From contig OZ218963.1 of assembly GCA_965112735.1 (NCBI GenBank), forward strand, positions 2,232,001 to 2,296,000: a stretch of DNA of 64,000 bases. The letters are read 5' to 3'. The DNA comes from Phaeosaccion multiseriatum. Lineage: Eukaryota; Protista; Ochrophyta, other classes. How positions within the stretch are numbered: the stretch's first letter is position 1; each line of letters opens with the position of its first letter. The translations under genes and the position numbers were made by a program. Of this stretch, positions 38,201 through 48,083 are shown one piece after another. The notes under the pieces are model-generated. The model was not told where the DNA came from, ran no database searches, and saw only the letters and a list, made by a program, of their open reading frames with translations.

Positions 38201-41200
38201 CACAACACGCCCACTTGCCCTCCGGTTTGATAGGGGCCCTTCCGTTCCTCCACATGACATACTATCCATGCCCTGCAGCCCTAGCACTGCTTTCACCCTC
38301 ACCCTTCTCCCTTGACCCTCACTCTCACTATCACTCTCACCCTCACCCTCACTCCCACCCTCACCCTCACCCTCACTTTCACCCTCACTCTTGCTCACCA
38401 TGGCCAGAATGTTCTCCCATTCCGCACTGGGAATATCGCCCACGTGCACCTCCAGAAAGCGATTCCGAAACGCTCGAGACAATGGTTTCCTTCCCCCGTA
38501 GGCGCCCGGCGGATTCTGGGTCGCAAAGAGCTTGAAATTGGGATGCGGCGTCACTACCGTTTGCGTCTCCGGTATGAAGAGCTCTCGATTGTCGTCCAAA
38601 AGTCGATTGAGAGCCTCGAGCACCTCGGAAGGGGCGAGATTGAGCTCATCGAGAATGATCCAGTAACCGTTACGCAGCGCCTCCACGAGAATGCCCTCCT
38701 GGAAACACAACTTGCCGTGCTCGTCCGCGCTGTAGCATCCCGTGTACTCCTGAATGTCCGTGTGCTCGTGATTGTTGATGCGCACGCAGCGGTGGCCGCA
38801 TCGGGCGGCCAGATACTCAACGAGTGTCGTCTTGCCGGAGCTGAGGGGGAGGGTTGAGTTCGGGTACGAGTGGTGTGAGGGGAAGCACAGCACAGAAGAG
38901 GCGAGGGTGGGGAGGGAGGGCAGTGGATGAGATTAAACATTCGCTCGCTTGAAACTTGCTGCCTGCTTCTGCGTCCGCTGTTGTATTACTTTTGTACCAC
39001 CCCCCCCCCCCTCCCCTCCCCGATCAGAGCGATGATTTGAGGATGAACAGAAGGTCAACGATTGATCAGATATTGGTTCATTGATTGATCAGATCGTGGG
39101 GCATGTTTTGTCGTCAAAAAGCGGATGCATGACCCTGCCCATCCGCAATGCTTTTCAGCACCGCAGCACGGGAGGCACAGAACCATAACGAACAGGTCTA
39201 TGATAAGTCATGGGCTCTTATCCTCATCTCAATCCAATCCAGTTTCCAATCCGACGGGGCCCGTCCCGTGTCAACAAAACACACTCAATTTGAATAATAA
39301 AGAGGGAGGAAGAGAGAATACCAAGGGCAATACTCTGAAACAAGTAAACACAAAGCACGGGACAGCACAAAAATCTCAGCCAATAAAGAAGCCGACCTAC
39401 ACACTCACACACACTCTCCCCCCCCCCTACCTGGTTGGGCCCTGGAGCAGGATGGGGCCGTCGCTAACCTTGCAGGCGCGGGCCACCGTGCGCAAACTGT
39501 CCTCCACCGCAGCGGTAAGGATGAAGCGCGTGAGTCCAGTCTCGGAGTCCCTCTTGGCCCAATCTTGCTTCTCCAACGCCCCGCACGGGAGCCAAAAGGG
39601 TCCTATGACTTCCCACTGTTCGGCAGAGCTGCCACGCCCCCCCGGGCGGCGAGGAGGGCGCTCCCAGTCTCGTTTGGACACGTCTTTGCCAAAGGCACTG
39701 GGATGGTGGGAGATGGCAGTCCATGGGAGATGGGGGGTGGGGAGGGGAGGGGAGGGGAGGGGTAATGTGAGATGCTTGGGGCTGGGGGATGGTGTGAGTG
39801 CAATGATCGGCGTTTCAAACACATGCCAAACAGTACCCCCACTCCCTTCACACCTCATGATCTTCTTGTGTAGCTTCGGTCTACTGGCTCCGTCCAGCTG
39901 CGTCTCAAACGAAGCCGCAAAGCCCTCCACCAGGGCTCGAGCGAGGCTGAAACCGCCATCCTCCGCCAGCACACGCGCGGCGTTCAGCGCTCGACAGAGC
40001 GTTCGGAGGGAGTAGCGAGGACACTGCCCTGCGCCATCTGTGAGCCCCTCCGCGGCGTTCTTGCGGCAGTGGAGGTAGAGGTCGACGATAAGGGTGCGGT
40101 GCGCTTCCGTTACGCCGACCATGTCACTCAAGTACAGCTGCACGACCACACGGAGGTCGGCAAGGTCCGTGAGCTCCGGTACGAAGAGCTCTGTGAACCT
40201 GCTCCTCAGGGCCGGAGGGAGGTCCTTCTTGGCCGCGTCGGTAGGAGGGTTCATGGCGGCGAAGATGCGAAAGTTGGGGTGGCGTCGCACCGTGCTCGTG
40301 TCGCCCTTCTCCATGAGGCACACGGAGCCCTCGCTGCCCTGGGCATTTCACATTCATTGACATATGAACAGGAGGGACATTTGGGGGGGGTGTTCCGTGT
40401 GTGCGTGCGTGCGTGTCGTCCAGTACCCACCCGGCCGGAGCCGGAGATAAGGTTGACGGTGCGCAGAAGAGAGGAGCAAACAAAGCAAAAGGCGAGGCAA
40501 ACACACACAACAAAAACCGTATAGATGTGTTGTCAAAAGAGTCAAGAGAGGGTGGTGAATGAAGAAATAGAGAGCGAGTGCGAGTGTGCGTGCGCGTACG
40601 ATGTGTCAAATGAGGGGAAAGGGATCAGTCCATCTAGTAATTGAAGGGTCCACAAGATTCCTTCAAAAAGGCCGCGGCGACTAAACCGCTCTCGGAGTAG
40701 CTGATTCGTTGGTCATCATCTCCCTTCCATCTCTCTCATGTCTCCCCTCCACTCGACCCGAGCGAGCGAACGGGTTGAGCGAGCGCCAAAATACATGCAC
40801 TCACTCGTGCACACTGAAACGCAAAACACGACAACACAACTCGTCCGAACTCTCTGAGCGCATGTATGCCGAATGAATGGAACCACAGCAGCACCACCAT
40901 CTCAAAGCACACACCACCCAACCCCACCCTGCCCCACCACACTTCCTCTCCTATTTTACAACTGTCTCCAATGTACCTCACCTCAAGCAGACCAGAGAGG
41001 CGCTGCAAAGTCTCTGCCGCGGCGAGGTTAATCTCGTCAAGGAGTACCCAGTGGCCCTCACGAAGAGCCTTGACCACAAGCCCTTCCACAAAGGAGAAGG
41101 CAAAGGCGCCATCCACGGCGACTCTGTATGTAACCGTCACATGACGAAAAGGGCCGCAGCCCACAGCGAGACAGGGGAGGGAGGAGAAGAAACAGCAGAG

Positions 41201-44200
41201 TGTGACGTCAGCTTCCTCTATTTCGGTGAACGCTCAGGTGGCTTCGCAGATCAGAGAAGTCTGCCCTTCTTGTTTGGTCCAGTGCAGAACGGCACGTCTT
41301 AACTTCCACCGCCCGGCGCCCTTTCCCTCCCCTCCCCTCCCCCACCCGGCCTCACTCCGTGTCCGAGTGGAGCGGTTGCTTCTTAACTTGTCCAACTTTC
41401 GCTTCGCATGCAAGCGTGTTTTTTTATCCTCCTACATAAAACAAATCAGTTCTCAAACTTTCAAAAAAAAAAAAAAAATGCTAATCATCAGGAGAGTACA
41501 GACATTTAACAGTACATGCGTCCGGTCAACCAATCAACCAACCAGCCCACGCCGTTCCATCCCCTACATATACATACACAAAGATATACATATATATACC
41601 GCCCTGAGCCCATCCTCCATCCTCGCGTGTTGCTTACACCGAGTGACTCTTCTCTTCTTTCCACTCCCACACCCCGAACCGCACGTACCTCTGTCTCTCA
41701 AAGCGCGCCACAGCATTGCTGAAATCGGTCCATAGCCGCCTCAGCTCAGGCACGTCCAACTCAACTCTGCCAGCAGCAGCCGCACCATTACTTCCGGCAG
41801 CCACCTTCTTCCTCCCAATTTCCCCCCCTCCCCCACCCCCCCCCCCCATATTCTCGTCGCGCCGCTGCCGCTGCTGGTCCCCCTGCTCTTCACCACCCTG
41901 CTGATGCTGCTCCGCCTCTTTGCGGTTGAGCTTGGCCATCGCCATGCTAACCGCGTTGTTGAGCCCCACCGACAACCTCTTCCATTGCCTTCTCTCGAAG
42001 CAGAGGGTGATGGAGGCCTGGAACTTGGCGTTGGCTTGCTCAGAGAAGAGCGTGGGGAAGGTGGAGAAGAAGCGGTCCAACACGTCCTGAACCAAACAAG
42101 GGCAAGTATAAGGGTACACACAAGTGAAGCAAGGGCACGCATGCACACACACACGCACACACACACACAAACACACGCATAAGCACAAGGGGGAGAGGCC
42201 GGGTCAGGACTAGACAAATGGCGCACAAGGAGGGGAGGATGGCAGTGAATGGGTGGCGCAGTTTGAGCACGCGTGGGGAGCCTCTGTGTGTAGCCCGTCA
42301 GGTAGTTATGAAAAGAATCGACACGTGTTTAGTTCGGATCAGATCTTGGTAATTTCAGTTTCATCGTCACGGGGCTGGGCTCGGCTGCGCGCACACAGAG
42401 CTTTGGCTTTGGTGCATTCGTCATGAGGGGCAGAGGGGGGGGGAGTAAGAAGTATAATGGGAGGGCAGGGGAGCGCCTTCTTCCTTGCCTTTATGTTTCT
42501 CCGCCCCACTCCCCTGCCCCTCCCTCTGTTGAAGCAAAGATTTTTCAATCTACACATCAAAAAAAAACCCGTCGTACCTGAGCCAGCTGCCGCATCTCCA
42601 CCGGTCGATAGCCGCCCAACAGATCCGCGCTGTCCGTCTGCAGACTCAGATTCTGGACAACCAACTTCTGCCCGAGGCTGCGCGCCAACTGTTGCACAAG
42701 GGTGGTCTTCCCACACCCCGTTTCACCCACCAGCAGCAGCGGCTCTCGCAAGGCTACACCTGCTGCGATTCGCTCCATTAAGCGCAGTGCCTGCCCTGTG
42801 TGAGCGAAGGAGGAGGAAGAGGAGGAGCCCGAACCCACTGCATCGGCCGCTCCTCCTCCCCCCCCCGCTCCGAGGGCCCTTGACCTGGGTAAGTTGACTC
42901 GGCCGATAGTCACGTACGCCTCCTTGACGGTGAAGGAGGGACGACGAGAGAGCACCACGTCCATCAATGTCTCGGGCCGCACCTGCATATGATGGGCACC
43001 AATCGCAAGAGAGAAACATGACCAGTAGAGGAGGAGAGAGGGGAAGAGAAGGGAAGAGAAGCAAGAGCAAAAGACCAAGAGCGGCAGCGAACAATAGACG
43101 GGTAGGGGAGGGGGGGGGGGGGGTGAGGACGCGCGTTCGATACCCTTTTCGAAGGGGAGACATTCTCCTCCAAAATGTTCTATCTTCTCCTGTACTCTAC
43201 GTGGGTGATTGATTGATCAGATCGTGGGGCATGTTTTGTCGTCAAAAAGCGGATGCATGACCCTGCCCATCCGCAATGCTTTTCAGCACCGCAGCACGGG
43301 AGGCGCAGAACCATTATGAACAGGTCTATGATAAGTCATGGGTTTTTATCCTCAGCTCGATCAAAATCCGACAGCGAATGAGAGGGGAGACGTTTTCCCC
43401 ATCCACCCACCCATCCACCGATACTATAACCCAATCGCCCCACGAAACGCCAAAGACCATTCGTACACGACACACCCCCATGAATAATCACCATCCACGT
43501 ACCTGCCAGATGGATGCAAACGCCTCGGCAACGGCGGCGAGCTGATCCGTGGAGGGTAACGCGCCGGCGAAGACATCAAGCGCCTCCACGAGCACCCGCA
43601 GTGTGTCGCTCTCTGCGCAAACCAGCCCTCCCTCGCCCGCAGCCTCTGACAGCGTCATACCCCTCACGCGCAAGCCGGAGGGCGGCAATGAAGGGACGGC
43701 GGCGCCGCTCACGTCGTCGTTGGCTGTAGTAGCGGCAACCCCTCCCGCCCCCCTGGAATTGCCTGGGTCCTCGGTGTCGATATCGATGTCAGCGAAGTGC
43801 CCGAGCTCGTCAACGCGACGGCACAGCTTGAGGAAATCACGGACATTCGGCGCTCTCCCTCCTCCTCCTGGGGTTGCTACTGCTACTGATGCTACTGCTA
43901 CTGCTGGTGGCGGTGCTGGTGCCAATGTCGACCCCCCCCCCGTTGCTGGAGGACCTGCATTTGCGACATCGCCGCCGCCCCTCTTGCTACTGCTGCTGCC
44001 GCCCCTGCTGCTGCTGCTCCCACTAAAGAGCTCGAACGTGCGCAGCATTCTCGCCACAACCCGAGGAGGGAGGGCCGGAAACTGTTCACAAGCCACCACC
44101 CAGAGCTCTTCCGGCTGTAAGCTGCTGATACACACGTGCGTCCACAGGGCGCCAAAGTCCGTACTCCCTCCCAACATGACGGCGTGACCGTGATCGCCAT

Positions 44201-45887
44201 CGTCGGCTTCCGTCTGATGACGGGCGGTTGCGCCATCGGCGGCCCGAGCTGGGGTGGTGACCGTCCCGAACAGCCGAAAGGATGGAGCAGCCACCAAAGG
44301 CTTGGAGAAGCCCGGAATCGGCAGGCTCCCCGTCTCCAATAGGGGGGTGAGCGCTGCCAAGACCTCAAAGGGGGCGCGGTCGACATCTTCAACAAGCACC
44401 CATTGCCCCCTCGACACTGCTTGCGTCAAGGCCCCGGCTTGCCAAGTAAACTCCCCTGGAATGTCTGTGCACACATAGCTACCCAGAAGGGTCTTGCTGT
44501 CCGTCTGCTCGTCCAGGTGTAGCTCCAACAGCTTACTGCTGCTGCTACTGTTGCTACTGCTGCTCACGGTGCTGCCACTGTGGCTGCTAGTGGCTAGGTG
44601 GGATACTTCACGCAATAATGCGCTCTTTCCTGACCCTGCTGGACCGTGCAGGAGCAAGGGGCGCCGGGAGGCCAGGGCGAGGGAGAGCGACCTCAAATTG
44701 CGCCGCGTAGATGGCACTCTCGTTAGAGAGGGTCGGCTGTGCTGCTGTGTGCCGCCGCTGCTGCTGTTGCTGCTGTTGTTGCTGCTGCTCCTGTAGGAGG
44801 CGCGGCCGTGGTCGATACCCTCAATGCGAACAATGCTGGAGTGAGGGTGACGGTGGGGTCGGGGAGGTGGGGAGGAGGAGGCTGCTGCTGCTGCTCCTGC
44901 TGCTGCTGCTGCTGCTGATGATGATGATGACGGTAGTTTTGATACCTCTGCTGGGGTGGGCCTCCCTCGTATCCGTCGCTGCTGCAGAAAGGGTTGCAGT
45001 CTTCCCTCCAGCTCCTCTTGCTCCGCCATCTCCACGGCTCGCCGCAGGAAACTCTCGTTTCCCTCCGCACCTTCGCAGTCCCGCAGCGCGCCCACCTGCT
45101 TGAGTAGCAGACGGTGCTCCGCCTCCCCGAGGGAGAGGAGAAGTGACACAACGCCCACCGCTCTCCACCGTACCAGCACGTCGTCATGACGACTCAGCTG
45201 GAAGAAGGCGCTCCAATTCCAGAGGCCTCGCACTGCCTGCGGGTACCTTTGCAGCAAGCGATGCGCAGCCTCAGTCACGCGGTGTATCCTTTGCAGGCTC
45301 TTTTGGGCTTCTTCTTCCATTTCCGCATCCCCAGGAGGAGAATTGTTGGCGGTATTGTCGCTCGAGCAATCCATGGGGGAGGTTGTTGCCGCGTCTGACT
45401 CTTGCTGCCTACGCTTCTGCAGCGGAACCACCGCAGATGAGGGCGACGCAGCTACTAGATTCAGGAAGGCGAAGGGACAAGGAGCGGCACTCCAGTAGTG
45501 CGTCGCCAATGGAAGAACGTGCTCTGCAACAGGCAGCAGCCTACTCATTGTGCATAACACGTCTTCCGCGGAAGCGATCCTCAGAGAGAGCGCTCTTGCT
45601 GTAATCTCCAACAGATCAAGGCGGGCGAGGCGAGCGACTCGGTGCGTGTGCGCTGGCTGAAGCAGTAGGGCAGCCGCCTGATCCAATAGTCGCTGCTCCT
45701 GCTTCTGTGTGACGATGCCGCCGCCGCCGCCGCTGCTGCTGCTGCTGCTGTCACTACTGCTGTTCGTGGTGGAAGATGAAGTCGAAGCTGCGGAGATATC
45801 GAGCTGGTTGTCATGGCGAGGATTCACCAGCTGCTGCAAGCGCAGCACACGGAGGCAGGCGCTGTCTTGCTCCACCGACTCGGTCAT
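14246..45887 (-). CDS. MDN1: Midasin (Rea1) AAA+ ATPase for 60S maturation; 19 exons, ~7,700 aa
   Basis: Six Walker A motifs (GPAGSGKS, GETGCGKT, GPT|SSGKT, GDTGCGKT, GSPGVGKT, GHRSSGKT), with WxxLDExNLA and FATQNP motifs. Long linker, D/E-rich tail beginning GTGMGEGEGKKDVSDQIEDEEQL, and C-terminal MIDAS (LCEQLRLVLEP, RKDKIWLRRTKP, IDDSESM, FPYYIVL). Exons: 43503-45887, 42578-42982, 41689-42086, 40982-41123, 39854-40338, 39431-39697, 38399-38840, 37792-37967, 36452-36989, 35982-36299, 32952-35329, 31591-32347, 30968-31012, 24026-30637, 22206-23804, 21571-21750, 18349-21033, 16330-17980, 14246-15915. These sum to 23,133 nt, a multiple of three. Confidence 0.96.
16073..16187 (-). ncRNA. Intronic box C/D snoRNA, SNORD79-like LSU guide
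   Basis: Minus strand gac-a-ATGATGA ... CTGA-gtc, giving C box, D box and terminal stem. Guide GTGGGAATCTC is complementary to conserved LSU GAGAUUCCCAC. With D'=GCGA the +5 rule hits GAG[A]UUCCC, the human SNORD79 site. Confidence 0.85.
18115..18208 (-). ncRNA. Intronic box C/D snoRNA, dual guide for the two SNORD32 targets
   Basis: Terminal stem gggcgg/ccgccc; C=CCGAGGA, D'=CTTA, C'=TGTGGA, D=ATGA. Guide CATGCACCAC pairs with 18S GUGGUGCAUG. Guide TCACCATCTTTCG pairs with LSU CGAAAGAUGGUGA. Both are in the known +5 registers. Confidence 0.88.
21381..21487 (-). ncRNA. Intronic box C/D snoRNA, SNORD58-like LSU guide
   Basis: Stem aaggc/gcctt; C=GCGATGA, D=CTGA. Guide CTTAGGACACCT is complementary to LSU AGGUGUCCUAAG and precedes D'=TCGA (+5 = AGGU[G]UCC). 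Internal hairpin cgccaat/attggcg. Confidence 0.83.
22006..22094 (-). ncRNA. Intronic box C/D snoRNA with a 13-nt LSU antisense element
   Basis: Stem gttc/gaac; C=CTGATGC, D'=ATGA, D=CTGA. Guide GTTTTAATTAAAC is complementary to LSU GUUUAAUUAAAAC. Internal hairpin cgacc/ggtcg. Confidence 0.75.
31354..31478 (-). ncRNA. Candidate intronic H/ACA snoRNA
   Basis: Hairpin 1 (ccccga/tcgggg, tcgcc/ggtga), H box AGAGCA, hairpin 2 (acat/atgt, aagccc/gggctt, gccggg/cctggc), then ACA+3 nt. About 125 nt; no target assigned. Confidence 0.55.
32582..32746 (-). ncRNA. Candidate long (165-nt) intronic box C/D RNA
   Basis: Stem ggggtg/cacccc, extended by gactc/gagtc; C=GTGACGA, D=CTGA. Long internal G-rich/C-rich hairpin. 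The 3' part is complementary to LSU GGUGUCAGAAAAGUU..CACAGGGA. Confidence 0.6.
37144..37568 (-). ncRNA. Candidate long (~425-nt) structured intronic RNA with H box and 3' ACA
   Basis: 5' hairpin (gctgg/tcagc, accgcctg/cagacggt), H box AGAGTA, internal hairpins (tttcgca/tgtgaaa), 3' hairpin (ggctgtg/cacagtt), then ACA-tcc. High-complexity island in the longest midasin intron (802 bp). Confidence 0.4.
39083..39234 (-). ncRNA. Atypical ~150-nt intronic box C/D RNA, copy 1
   Basis: Stem gattga/tcaatc; C=ATGAGGA, D=CTGA. Hairpin gcggatg/catccgc. ATCATAGACCTGTT pairs with 18S AACAGGUCUGUGAU. Near-identical copy at 43209-43364. Confidence 0.8.
40619..40726 (-). ncRNA. Intronic box C/D snoRNA with two guides to one LSU segment
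   Basis: Stem aaggga/tccctt; C=ATGATGA, D'=CCGA, D=CTGA. Guides GAATCAGCTACT and TACTAGATGG are complementary to LSU CCAUCUAGUAGCUGGUUC (one G-U pair). Confidence 0.9.
42292..42376 (-). ncRNA. Intronic box C/D snoRNA
   Basis: Stem agccc/gggct plus distal ctctgtgtg/cacacagag; C=GTGACGA, D'=CTGA, C'=TGTCGA, D=CTGA. Guide ATTACCAAGAT pairs with LSU AUCUUGGUGGU (2 G-U pairs). Confidence 0.75.
43209..43364 (-). ncRNA. Atypical ~150-nt intronic box C/D RNA, copy 2
   Basis: C=CTGAGGA, D=CTGA, stem ttgatcga/tcaatcaa. The 139-nt C-to-D core differs from copy 1 at 6 positions; the flanks are unrelated. Confidence 0.8.
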
Positions 45888-46350
45888 CCTTCCCAGCCTC
45901 CCGTTTTCAGTATGTCCGCAGGGAATCGAGCAGCTCTTACCTACTGAATCAGCAGCCGTACTCTCTTAGGTATGCGTGGTCCATAGATCTCTTTGTCGCT
46001 ATCCTCATGGACCCTGTGTGGAGGGAAAGAAAGGAGGATTTTGGGTGGCCACAGATCATTGGCCTTTGGGCATACGCAATCACAGATGGCGACATTGTCC
46101 CCGTCTTCGCTCTTCTCCCTTCACTCTTTGAACTCTTCGACACTCTCCCCCTCCCCCTCCCTTGCTCCTTCCCTCCCTCCCTCCCTCCCTCCCTCCCTCC
46201 CTCCCGCCTCTCTCACACACGCGCTCACGCAGAGATTCCACAGAAGTCACTCGCTCACTCAGTCCCACCGCACCCTCACTCATTCCCCACACGCCCGCAC
46301 TCACACACTCACGCACGAACGCACTCATTCACTCACTCGACACCTGACGC

Positions 46351-46438
46351 GCTATCGCCCACATTCTTGATAGCACGCTATCGGCCGCCGGCCGATAGCA
46401 GATAGCACGCCCCCCTCCTGCTCGCGATAGCAGATAGC
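46351..46438. promoter_or_regulatory. Cluster of seven GATAGC/GCTATC motifs upstream of midasin
   Basis: Copies at 46351, 46369, 46377, 46394, 46401, 46426 and 46433, including CGATAGCAGATAGC twice. Confidence 0.5.
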
Positions 46439-46925
46439 GCGTCAGGGGTCGACACTCACGCACACAAACACGCCAAAGCATAGACAAGTGTTTGCCGGGG
46501 TATCGGTGGTACCGATTGCTTCGAAGGGAGAAGTAGCATAAAATCAATCCTTAGCTTTAATATATAATGCTTTAACACTTGGTATTTGTACGCCTTGGTG
46601 CGCCTTCGTCCTCCTTCTCATCTCTCAGCTCCCCCCCCCCCCCTCCCCCCTACATATTCACCACATTGTCCCTCGTGTACCATTCTATACCCAACACCAC
46701 AAAAAGCCCTACTGATGGAGCGTTCCTCGCAAAAAGAGGACGTACTCAGTCGCAGCGAAGACCCCACACGCCACCCTCGCCGCGTTTCGTTGTCGTCGCC
46801 CGTGAGCTTCCTGTTTCTTCGTGGCCGTATAGCGCTCCTCGCCCTCCCCGCACGCCTCGTCCTCTCACTTCACCCTCCCCCCCATCTCCATGCCCTTCAT
46901 GCCCCAACTCTTGCCATCGTTATCC

Positions 46926-47606
46926 TCAGTCCGAGTAAGAATGGTCCCAAGATGGGCGCTGGTACGCCTTGGTCTTGTACACACTCTGCCCCACTACCCA
47001 CCCGTCCACATGCTCCATGATCTCGGCCTCCTCCTTTAGCAATTGCCGCTTCTTGGCAGCGTCTTTCCGGTCTTGCTCTGCCCACACAATGGGGAGGATA
47101 CAGGCCCGCATGCTGCGTTTCTCGGTGAGGATTGCTGATCGTTTCTGGTTGGAGTCAACGAGCTTGAGAAAGCCGTAGGAGGTGTAACCTATAAAACCTA
47201 GCCATAACGCCCATCCAGGAGGTCCTCGCACGCGTGTTTTCCTGGCAATGTCAATCTTTGAAGGATGAGGAGGGCGAGCAGCAGAAGCAGAAGCAGCAGG
47301 AGAGCAGGGTGAGGGGGGGGGGGGATAAAATTCTCCATTTAGGAAGAAACTTGCCCAAAAACTCCGCAAGTCTTCCTTGGCCCTTTGAACATCATGCACA
47401 GTGCCATCAAGCTACAAATGACTGCTTGCTGTACTGACCCCGCAGTCACACATCACACGAATACTCCCCTCTCCCCCCTTCCTCCTCAATGGAAAATGCC
47501 TTGGGTTTTTGGCCCCCCCCCGCCCTCCTTTCCACCACCTCACCTTCGGGTAACCACCAGCTGGTGCACTCTCTTGCAGAAACGGACCCCTATTGAGCAG
47601 CGCCAT
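46926..47606 (-). CDS. NDUFA13: NADH:ubiquinone oxidoreductase subunit A13 / GRIM-19, 2 exons
   Basis: QESAPAGGYPK|IDIARK..RGPPGWALW, a TM helix, RACILPIVWAEQDR and EEAEIMEHVDGWVVGQSVY match the GRIM-19 family. Intron 47256-47543. Confidence 0.92.
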
Positions 47607-48083
47607 GCCTCCTTCGTATCTCTTGTCTCGGTCAAGTCACAAAGCAATCCCCAGGGGGCCTTACGTAAGGAAACCCAGTTCCCCGTTTCCGCTTCCGAGA
47701 GCAAAAAAAGCTCCTGTGCCGTACAGAGGAACAGAGCCGTCGTAGGACTGGTGCATCTTTGCAGAAGCCAAAGTGGGTGCCGCGATTGCGTCTGTAGATG
47801 ACTCTTGTGGAGGGGCTGGTGGAAAAGGAAGTCTTGTATGGAGATGATGTCTCATGCTTTTGCCATTTTCATTTTTGGGTGGTGTCTCCAAGGTTGTTTA
47901 ATCATCTCCCTTCCACCCACATTTCCTCTTAGCCTGAACCCTGCTCCAACTGAACTGCTGCCTTCACGGTCCTGATCATCACTCAAGTGGCGCCTCAACG
48001 TTTTTTTCAAGGCTTTAACTGGTCTCCTCCTCTCGTTTGTCGCCTCTGTTGAACCCCGTGCAACACGCCAGATGAGGGATCCC

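Noticed and set aside
38110-38260. U3 snoRNA or U1/U11 snRNA
   Set aside because: C'-, B- and C-like words are present, but there is no D box, no box A/A' and no Sm site.
39022-39082. Second snoRNA downstream of copy 1
   Set aside because: There are repeated CTGATC words but no credible C box; probably a local duplication of the 3' end.
39083-43364. The 150-bp duplicate as a MITE/SINE
   Set aside because: There is no target-site duplication, poly-A tail or long terminal inverted repeat. Similarity ends at the C/D terminal stems and both copies are on the host strand.
14246-45887. Several separate genes, or the many plus-strand ORFs over midasin
   Set aside because: The minus-strand ORFs splice in frame into one midasin. 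The antisense ORFs are low-complexity shadows of GC-rich coding DNA.
46579-47020. Plus-strand ORFs between midasin and NDUFA13
   Set aside because: They are Pro/Ser-rich translations of C/T-rich UTR sequence with no recognisable domain.
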